In this document: positions 26,431 to 36,251 of the stretch, piece by piece
Position numbering within the stretch: position 1 is the stretch's first letter
How the letters are laid out: every line of letters begins with the position of its first letter
NCBI GenBank assembly: GCA_965200625.1
Contig: OZ241375.1
Span: 580,051-644,050, forward strand
Direction: 5' to 3'
DNA from: Dehalococcoidia bacterium
GTDB taxonomy: Bacteria; Chloroflexota; Dehalococcoidia; Bin125
DNA length: 64,000 nt
Made by a program: the position numbers and the translations under genes
Notes under the pieces: generated by a model
What the model was told of the DNA's origin: nothing
What the model saw: the letters and a program-made list of their open reading frames with translations, nothing else
Database searches by the model: none

Positions 26431-27130
26431 AGGGGCGGAACTTTCCCACGTTGAGGCCCTCGTAGCAGACGGTCGCGCCGTCGTGCAGCAATTGCACCGT
26501 TTGCTCGCGGCAGGTCAGCGGTTCTGGGAAGACCGTGGTGTAGCTGCCGATCCCGGAGGTTGAATGCGCGTCGGAGCCGCCGGTGACCGGTTTGCCGAGA
26601 ATCCGCGCCACTTCCAGAGCGAAGAGGTTCTCGCGCCGCGTATTGCCACCGTTGCCGACCTCGATCCCGTGCACGACCTGGAAGACGTGCATCCGCTCGG
26701 CGGCCTCGGCGGGAGTCATGGAGAACGGCTCTTCGCCGCGCCGGCGGAAGGTGACCGGATCGAAGAAGTGGCGGAACGGATGGGCGACCGACATGAACGC
26801 GCCGATCTCGTCGCACACCTCGCGCAGCCGCTCGGCCGAGCGAATGCCGGAGTAGTACTGGTCGATCCCAAAGACGACGACGTGGCCCAGGTCAGTAGAG
26901 ACCTCCATCCCCTGGTTGAGATAGACACCGGCCTTCGTCATCGCCTGGGCGTAGTTGTTCCAGTCGTAACGCTCCCAGACACGGTCGTGTTCGGTGAGGT
27001 TAACGCCGGTCAGGCCGATGCGCTTGGCCTCTTCGAGAAGATCGTCCGGTTGCAGCGCCGAGTCGGCGGCGCCGCGCACCGTGTGAATGTGCGCGTCCAG
27101 AATCGTGCCGGGCATCGATTGAGGATCCAC
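26399..27130 (-). CDS. PHP-domain metal-dependent phosphoesterase
   Basis: N-terminal LDAHIHT, then TEHD, a later H.....H, and GGSDAHS near the C-terminus. Its 3' end overlaps the dinG start by 32 nt. Confidence 0.7.
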   Translation of the reverse strand: MDPQSMPGTILDAHIHTVRGAADSALQPDDLLEEAKRIGLTGVNLTEHDRVWERYDWNNYAQAMTKAGVYLNQGMEVSTDLGHVVVFGIDQYYSGIRSAERLREVCDEIGAFMSVAHPFRHFFDPVTFRRRGEEPFSMTPAEAAERMHVFQVVHGIEVGNGGNTRRENLFALEVARILGKPVTGGSDAHSTSGIGSYTTVFPEPLTCREQTVQLLHDGATVCYEGLNVGKFRPFGPCADDEAP

Positions 27131-27246
27131 GGGGGCTCCAGCTCTAGGGGCGAATGGGGTTGCTCATCTGAGTATACGCACCGATCTGGCAGTCCCCTGA
27201 CGCGCGCCCAACGTCAGGCAGGCGTCAGGCAGACGTCTGGTGGGCG

Positions 27247-27666
27247 TCAGGCGGCGGCCAAGTGAGGCAGCATCCAGCCGTAGCAGCCCGCCGCCAGCAA
27301 GCCGATCAACACAATCCGCCGCCACAGCGCTCGCTGCCAGCTGATCGCGCCGAGGGCGAGGACGCCCAGACACATGATCACCCCCAACGTGAACTGCCAG
27401 GAGGGACTGCCCAAGCCGTCGGAGCCGCCGTCGGCCACGTTGAGCAGGACGACGCCCAGCAACAGGCCGAGCACCGCGCAACCGGCCTGAGCCACCAGCG
27501 CCGCGCCCAGGCTGACCATCACCCAGTTGGAGGGATCGGGAAACTGACGGCGCAGCCAGTTCGTCGTGGGCACGCTGACGAGCAGCGGTCCGAAGATTCC
27601 CAGGCCGAGCACCCCAACCGCCGCGCCGGCGACAAACCCCGAAAACAGCGCGGCGACCGTTTCCAT
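27247..27666 (-). CDS. Small polytopic membrane protein
   Basis: Re-called to the ATG at 27666 (METVAALFSGFVAGAAVGVLGLGIFGPLL...), 2 nt after the ispE stop. It has four hydrophobic segments. The upstream part of the listed ORF overlaps ispE. Confidence 0.5.
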   Translation of the reverse strand: METVAALFSGFVAGAAVGVLGLGIFGPLLVSVPTTNWLRRQFPDPSNWVMVSLGAALVAQAGCAVLGLLLGVVLLNVADGGSDGLGSPSWQFTLGVIMCLGVLALGAISWQRALWRRIVLIGLLAAGCYGWMLPHLAAA

Positions 27667-27668
27667 GG

Positions 27669-28610
27669 TCAGCACTGTGCGATCGCGGTGGCTTCCGCGC
27701 GACTGAGCAGTCGGGAGACGTGTGTGAAACCGTAGCGGCGACGGAGTTGGGCGGCGGCGTGTTCGGCCACGTCGGGACGGAGCAAGGCGAACAGCGTCGG
27801 CCCGGCGCCGGCCAACAGCGGGATCACCGGCTCCGCGCCCCGCTCGCGGGAGGCGCGCGCAATCGCCGCGCCCATCTGCCTCCAGGCCGCGGTCAGACCC
27901 TGCATCACCTCGCGCGCCGGCCGATCGAACGAGTTGACGCAGTCCGCCGGCGTCGGCGGCGACCCAGCCGTCCACGCGCGCCGCAGCGACTCCGTAGCGC
28001 TACCGCTGAGAAAATCCGACGAGCGCAGCGAGCGGTACATCGCGGCGGTCTTGGCGGCCGGGGCCGGAATCTCGGGGCGATGCAGGAGCACGGCCCACGG
28101 CGGGTCAGCGGCAGGCGGCAGCAGCAGCGGCGTCAGGCGCTCGCCGCGGCCCGCCATGCGGACCGCTCCGCCCACAATGCAGGCTGGCACATCGGAGCCG
28201 ACCTCCGCGCCGATCGCGCCCAGCTCCGCATCCGTGAGCGGCAGCTCCCAGGCGCGTCGGGCGAGCCGCAGAAAGGCTGCCGCGTCGGTCGAGCCGCCGC
28301 CGAGTCCGCTGGTGATCGGAATGCGCTTGACGACCTCCACCGCCGCGCCGGACGGCAGTCGGCAGCGCGCCTCCAGCGCCGACCAGGCGCGGGCAATGAT
28401 GTCATCAGCCGTCTCGATCGAGACCGGGCGGCCGCTGGCGTCGCGGTAGGCGATGGAACGCTCCCGGCCGGCCGTCGTCAGCCGAATCTCATCAGCGAGA
28501 TCCAGGGAGACGGCGACCGACGCCAGGTCGTGAAAGCCGTCCGTGCGCTTGCCGATGACCTCGAGCGTCAGATTGAGCTTGGCCGCGCCGACGGCGCTCC
28601 ACGTGGTCAT
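27669..28610 (-). CDS. ispE: 4-diphosphocytidyl-2-C-methyl-D-erythritol kinase
   Basis: Re-called to the ATG at 28610 (MTTWSAVGAAKLNLTLEVIGKRTDGFHDL), which overlaps the rsmA stop (ATGA). It has the GHMP kinase motif IPITSGLGGGSTDAAA. Confidence 0.85.
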   Translation of the reverse strand: MTTWSAVGAAKLNLTLEVIGKRTDGFHDLASVAVSLDLADEIRLTTAGRERSIAYRDASGRPVSIETADDIIARAWSALEARCRLPSGAAVEVVKRIPITSGLGGGSTDAAAFLRLARRAWELPLTDAELGAIGAEVGSDVPACIVGGAVRMAGRGERLTPLLLPPAADPPWAVLLHRPEIPAPAAKTAAMYRSLRSSDFLSGSATESLRRAWTAGSPPTPADCVNSFDRPAREVMQGLTAAWRQMGAAIARASRERGAEPVIPLLAGAGPTLFALLRPDVAEHAAAQLRRRYGFTHVSRLLSRAEATAIAQC

Positions 28611-29449
28611 GCGGGCTGACCGGCGCGGTCGGTCAGGCGCGCTTCGCGCCACCAGGCGAGCCGCGCCCACTCCTCGAGCGTCAGCGTGCCCGAACGGCGC
28701 GTCGGATCGATATCGCACGCGTTGAGCCACTCGACCGCGCCCTCAGGCGGCAGCCAGAAGCCCTGTGAGAGGGCGTTATGTAACTGCTTGCGCGGGCTGC
28801 GAAAGCCGCCGCTGACGACTTCGAAGAAGCGCTCCACGCTGGGCGCGGCGACGGCCGGCGCTTCCCGCAGCCGCAGCATGACGACCGCCGAGCGCACCTG
28901 CGGCGGCGGCTCGAAGGCTTCCCGCGCAACGGTGAAGAGCAGTTCCGGCTCCGCGTAGAACTGCACGGAGACGCCCAGCAGCGACAGGCGGCCCGGTCGC
29001 GCGGTCACGCGCTGCGCGACCTCATGCTGGATCATCACCAGCATCCAGGCGGGACGCTGCGCCTCACGCTCGAGAAACTTGCGAAAGAGCGGCGCGGTGA
29101 TGGCGTAGGGCAGATTGCCCACCAGCCCGTACGGCGGCTGCGCGGCGACGGCGCTCAGCGCTTCCGCCGGATCGACGTCAAGCACATCCTGCTCGATCAC
29201 GACCGCCGACTGATCGAGCGCGTGCGCGGCCAGCCGCCGACGGGTACGGAAGGCCATGCCTTCATCGAGTTCGATTGAGACCAATGGACGTTCGAGCTCC
29301 GCAAGGCGCTGGGTCAGCGCGCCGTCGCCGGCGCCCACTTCCAGGATTGTCGCCGGCTCGGCGGGCAGCGCCTCGATGATCCGATCCAGCACTCGCTCGT
29401 CGCGCAGCAGATGCTGCCCCAGCCGCGCCCGCCGCCGACGCCCGCTCAT
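28607..29449 (-). CDS. rsmA: 16S rRNA (adenine1518/1519-N6)-dimethyltransferase
   Basis: Re-called to the ATG at 29449 (MSGRRRRARLGQHLL.D..V...I). It has the SAM motif EVGAGDGALT and NLPY. The listed longer start (29503) would overlap the SRP RNA 3' end. Confidence 0.85.
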   Translation of the reverse strand: MSGRRRRARLGQHLLRDERVLDRIIEALPAEPATILEVGAGDGALTQRLAELERPLVSIELDEGMAFRTRRRLAAHALDQSAVVIEQDVLDVDPAEALSAVAAQPPYGLVGNLPYAITAPLFRKFLEREAQRPAWMLVMIQHEVAQRVTARPGRLSLLGVSVQFYAEPELLFTVAREAFEPPPQVRSAVVMLRLREAPAVAAPSVERFFEVVSGGFRSPRKQLHNALSQGFWLPPEGAVEWLNACDIDPTRRSGTLTLEEWARLAWWREARLTDRAGQPA

Positions 29450-29493
29450 GGGGCCGTCCGACGCTTGCGGCGCGTGGAAGAAGTCAGAGGCGT

Positions 29494-29763
29494 GGCCGTG
29501 CACCTGACTTCGAACGACAGCATGAGCTTGCCTTCGCTAGCCGGCTCTGCCCAGGCACTCCCGCGTCACCCGACCAAACAACCGCTTACCGCTGCTTCCT
29601 CTCGGACCTGACGGGGTTCACGGCGGGCCGCCGCGCGGGACCCAAGCTTCATCACTACTTGGCGTCGGTAGGTCTCATGTCGCCGCCCTCAATTCAGGAG
29701 TTCAACCCCGCTGTAGCGGATTGCGGGTGACAGGGCACCGCTAGCTCCCCGTCTAGCACGACC
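29494..29763 (-). ncRNA. ffs: Signal recognition particle RNA, long (Bacillus-type, with Alu domain), about 270 nt; ends approximate
   Basis: The minus-strand sequence contains the helix-8 core GUGAACCCCGUCAGGUCCGAGAGGAAGCAGCGGUAAGCGG (B. subtilis scRNA has ...GAACCAUGUCAGGUCCGGAAGGAAGCAGCAUUAAG). It also has a 5' Alu-domain block GUGCUAGACGGGGAGCUAGCGGUGCCCUGUCACCCGCAAUCCGCUACAGCG (B. subtilis: GUGCUAAGCGGGGAGGUAGCGGUGCCCUGUACCUGCAAUCCGCUCUAGCAGG). The 5' GGUCGUGC pairs with the 3' GCACGGCC. The comparison is from memory of the reference sequence. Confidence 0.85.
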
Positions 29764-29847
29764 AGGTCCCAGTCTAGCACCAGCGGCGCTTGGGCGCGAT
29801 CGGAGTAAACTCAGGGGGACAGCCTCAGAACGTCGCTTTGAGGAGCA

Positions 29848-31245
29848 ATGGAGGAACAGCCTGTGCGAATCATCTCCATCGGCTGCCCCGTTCCCAGCCC
29901 CAACGTAGACAACCACTCGATCGCCAACGCGCCCTCGCTTTTCGATTACGACGCCTGCATCATCGACCCGCAAGCGGTCTCCGAACAGATCGAAGGCATC
30001 GCGGCCAGCACCCTCGATGTCAAAGCGCCGGACGGCCGCGCCCTGCGGCCCGGGGAATCCGGAGCGTTTCATTTCGGGCTGGGCGAGCTGCTGCAGCAGC
30101 GCCAGCGGGAGCTCCAGCTCCTGCTCGAGCGCGGCGGGCTGCTGATCCTCTTTGCCTATCCCAACATTCGCCACCCCAACGTCACCTCGCTGCCCGGCTT
30201 CAATCGCTACTCCCTGATTCCCAGCCCCGACGGTGATCCGTTCAGCTGGCCGGCGCTGCGTCCCGCCGACGGCAAAGACGTCCGCCCCGTGCTTCCCCAG
30301 CACGCGGCAAGCGGCTACCTCGACGACCTCGCCGGGCGGCTGCGATATCGGGCGGTGTTTGACGTGCGCCCCACGAGCGGCGCAACTGTGGTCGGACGTT
30401 CAATCGGCGGCGCCGCAGTGGCGGCTGAGTTCCGGGTCGGCGCGGGCCGCCTCGTGGCCTTGCCGCCGGCGGACAACCTGGCCGCCTCGCAGCGCAAGGT
30501 CTTCAGCACCACGCTGCTGGAGATGATCGAGCGCCTGGTCCAGGAGCCGGACCAGAGCGCCGCGCCCGTCTGGGTGCGCCGCTACGACAGCCCCGAGGCG
30601 TCCGCCGCCCGCGACCAGCTGACGGCGGCGCAGAACGAGCTCAAACAGGCGCAGCGGCGCGTGACCGAGGCGGAGTCGCTGCTCAGCGACACCACGCGGT
30701 TCCAGGGAATGCTCTGGCAGAGTCAGAATCACGCATTCCGCGACGTGATCCAGGACGCCTTCCGGATGCTGGGCTACACACCGGCGCTGAGCGGCGACGA
30801 GCTGGAGCTCCGCGACCGCTCGGGCACTGCGCTGGTCGAGCTCGCCTCGACGGACAAGGCGGTCAGCGATCGGCTCTACCTCACCCTGCAGAAACGCATC
30901 GAGGAACGCTACCTGCGCCGCCAGCAGCGGCCCAAGGGGATCATCGTGGCCAACGGCTTCCGCCAGACCGACCCACGCATCCGCCGCGAACCGTTTCCCA
31001 AGACGCTGATCAACGCCTGCGAAACGTACGGCTACGCGCTGATCCCGGTCGAGGCGCTGTTCGAGCTGGTGACCTTCGCCGGCGAAGCGGCGGACGAGCC
31101 CGAGATTCTGGAAGAGATCCGCCGCTCCATTATGGAAACCGCCGGCGTACTAGAGATCGCGCTGGAGGACGAGGACGACGAGGAAACCGCGGAGTCAGCC
31201 GCCGCCGGCAACGGCGCCGTTGCCGCCGCGGCGGAGGCCGGGTAA
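29848..31245 (+). CDS. Uncharacterised 465-aa protein (N-terminal globular domain, coiled coil, C-terminal nuclease-like domain, acidic tail)
   Basis: A clean long ORF with GAGGAG just upstream. An alternative GTG start at 29863 lies 7 nt after GGAGGA. It has protein-like composition and predicted secondary-structure periodicity. No family motif was recognised. Confidence 0.6.
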   Translation: MEEQPVRIISIGCPVPSPNVDNHSIANAPSLFDYDACIIDPQAVSEQIEGIAASTLDVKAPDGRALRPGESGAFHFGLGELLQQRQRELQLLLERGGLLILFAYPNIRHPNVTSLPGFNRYSLIPSPDGDPFSWPALRPADGKDVRPVLPQHAASGYLDDLAGRLRYRAVFDVRPTSGATVVGRSIGGAAVAAEFRVGAGRLVALPPADNLAASQRKVFSTTLLEMIERLVQEPDQSAAPVWVRRYDSPEASAARDQLTAAQNELKQAQRRVTEAESLLSDTTRFQGMLWQSQNHAFRDVIQDAFRMLGYTPALSGDELELRDRSGTALVELASTDKAVSDRLYLTLQKRIEERYLRRQQRPKGIIVANGFRQTDPRIRREPFPKTLINACETYGYALIPVEALFELVTFAGEAADEPEILEEIRRSIMETAGVLEIALEDEDDEETAESAAAGNGAVAAAAEAG

Positions 31246-31258
31246 CGCGCCGGAGTCG

Positions 31259-33109
<1,851 letters not shown>

Positions 33110-33158
33110 GTGCCCTGATCGTACCAGTCACCGAGCCGTCTGCCGTACGCTAGATACG

Positions 33159-33186
33159 CAGAACGGGGCCGCTTGGCCCCGTTCTG
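33159..33186 (-). terminator. Perfect 12-bp GC-rich hairpin downstream of oppF (intrinsic-terminator-like, no clear U tract)
   Basis: CAGAACGGGGCC-GCTT-GGCCCCGTTCTG lies 24 nt beyond the oppF stop and about 50 nt upstream of the lepA start. Confidence 0.5.
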
Positions 33187-33209
33187 GAGATTGCGCGGCC
33201 GCCTGCGGG

Positions 33210-34419
<1,210 letters not shown>

Positions 34420-34427
<8 letters not shown>

Positions 34428-35466
34428 TGGCCGTCTCCTCTTCCAGGATTTCCTCGGTGTGCGCGCTGGCGAGAATGAGGTCGGCCTCATCGGCCACCGC
34501 GTCCGAGTTCCAACAAGCGACGAGGTGGCCAGGCGCAAATTCCTGCAGTACCGGCCGCTCGCTCGTGCACTGATCGGTGACGAAGCGGCAGCGCGGAGCG
34601 AAGGCGCAGCCCTCCGGCATGTTGGTCAGGTCTGGTGGCGTGCCTTCAATCGGGATCAGGCGGCCGGTGCGAGCGTCCAGGCGGGGCACAGACTCAAGCA
34701 GACCGAGCGTGTACGCGTGCTTGGGCCGCGCGTAAATATCGGTCGCGTCGCCGCTCTCGACGATCCGGCCGCCGTACATCACGTTCACGCGGTCGGCGTA
34801 GCGTGCGACCACGCCGAGGTTGTGCGTGATCACGATCACGGCGGTGCCAAGCTCGCGGCTCAGCCGCGCCATGACCTCAAGCACCTGCGCCTGAATCGTG
34901 ACGTCGAGCGCCGTCGTCGGCTCGTCGGCGAGGAGCAGCTTCGGGTCGCAGGAGAGCGCCATTGCAATCATCACGCGCTGGCGCATTCCGCCAGAGAACT
35001 GGTGCGGGAAGTCGAACAGGCGCTGCTCGGCGGCGGGGATGCCGACCATGTTGAGCAGTTCAATCGCGCGCTCGTTCGCCTGCGTGCGGCTCAGGCCCAT
35101 GTGCAGCTCGATCGCTTCGGTCAGCTGACGGCCAATGGTCAACACCGGGTTGAGCGAGGTCATCGGCTCCTGGAAGACCATGGCGATGTCGTTGCCGCGA
35201 ATCTCGCGCATCCGCGAGTCGTCCACGCTCATCAGCTCTTCGCCGTCGAACCAGACCTCGCCGCCGACGATCCGGCCGGGCGGGTTAGGAATCAGGCGCA
35301 GCAGCGAGAGCGCGGAGACGCTCTTGCCGGAACCAGACTCGCCGACCAGGCCCAGCGTCTCGCCGGGCATGAGGTCGTAGGAGACGTCGTTGACGGCCTG
35401 GACGACTCCTTCAGAGGTGAAGAAACTCGTCGAGAGGTTCTGGATACTCAAGAGCGGGTCAGCCAT
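34420..35466 (-). CDS. oppD: Oligopeptide/dipeptide ABC transporter ATP-binding protein (OppD/DppD-like)
   Basis: [11 protein letters not shown], Walker [10 protein letters not shown], signature SGGMRQR, Walker [12 protein letters not shown], and C-terminal G.PP.....P.GC.F.PRC. Confidence 0.9.
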
Positions 35467-35541
35467 CAGAGCACTCCTTCAGCGGCGTCTGTGGTTCCGA
35501 TGTTCGCCACCCAACCGATCGCGGCGCGACCGAGCGGGCGG

Positions 35542-35626
35542 TGGTGGGGAAGAGGAGACTCGAACTCCTACGCCTTGCGGCACATGATCCTAAATCATGC
35601 TCGTCTGCCAGTTCCGACACTTCCCC
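35542..35626 (-). tRNA. tRNA-Leu (anticodon UAG), class II long variable arm, CCA encoded
   Basis: The minus-strand sequence GGGGAAGUGUCGGAACUGGCAGACGAGCAUGAUUUAGGAUCAUGUGCCGCAAGGCGUAGGAGUUCGAGUCUCCUCUUCCCCACCA folds by eye. The acceptor is GGGGAAG/CUUCCCC, the anticodon stem CAUGA/UCAUG has loop UUUAGGA, and the T arm is AGGAG-UUCGAGU-CUCCU. Confidence 0.9.
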
Positions 35627-35709
35627 CGCGGGCGGCCAGGGGGCCGGCGAACCGGCGCCACCTGCCGGCGGGCGCCGATCTTCGGGCAGATCGCTCATGC
35701 TGGTGCAGC

Positions 35710-35785
<76 letters not shown>

Positions 35786-36104
35786 ACGCGCATGAGCGGC
35801 TCCCGCTGCCGGTTGCAGCGGGGCGTGCCACAATCGTACACCGCCCGCCCAACTCACGGGACGGCCGGCCGTCCAGCGCAAGCGCGGCGTCCGAGTCAGG
35901 TCGATTTGCAGTGGTTCCACACGAGCTCCGAATCGGCTTGGCGTGCAAGCTAGCCAACAGGACGCCGAACGTCAACGAGTTGACACACATTCTAGACGCT
36001 CGCTGCGCACGGTCACTCGTTGACCAGGCTGAGCCGTGAGGCATACGATAACTCCATACCTGCGCGGCCGGAGCGGACCACCGGACGCGGCGGGTGGACG
36101 GCTC

Positions 36105-36181
36105 GGGCGGTTAGCTCAGTTGGCTAGAGCGCTGCGTTGACATCGCAGAGGTCACTGGTTCAAGTCCAGTATCGCCCACCA
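36105..36181 (+). tRNA. tRNA-Val (anticodon GAC), CCA encoded
   Basis: GGGCGGUUAGCUCAGUUGGCUAGAGCGCUGCGUUGACAUCGCAGAGGUCACUGGUUCAAGUCCAGUAUCGCCCACCA. The anticodon stem CUGCG/CGCAG has loop UUGACAU, and the T loop is UUCAAGU. Confidence 0.9.
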
Positions 36182-36251
36182 CTCCCACGACGAGACGGAC
36201 CCGCGCTGATCGACCACCGATCGCTCTGGGCTGAGCGCAGATAGCAGGCCG

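Noticed and set aside
27667-27975. Upstream 100 codons of ORF 27247..27975
   Set aside because: It overlaps the ispE 3' half in another frame, and the translation is Arg/Gly-rich. The membrane protein starts at the ATG at 27666, right after the ispE stop.
29450-29503. Longer rsmA start (MHGHASDFFHAPQASDGP...)
   Set aside because: This extension overlaps the 3' end of the SRP RNA and precedes the conserved N-terminus. The ATG at 29449 is preferred.
29751-29780. Direct repeat GTCTAGCAC...GTCTAGCAC at the SRP RNA 5' end
   Set aside because: One copy is inside the RNA 5' helix, and the other could supply a TAGACT -10 element for it. The match is only 9 bp and probably coincidental, so I did not call it a promoter.
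36182-36251. T-box or other leader upstream of thrS (also considered for pheS at 45998..46120 and alaS)
   Set aside because: The thrS 5' spacer is only 70 nt, too short for a T-box. I could not find the conserved T-box sequence (AAUUAGGGUGGUACCGCG-like) or a specifier/terminator architecture upstream of pheS or alaS. This needs a covariance-model search to be definitive.
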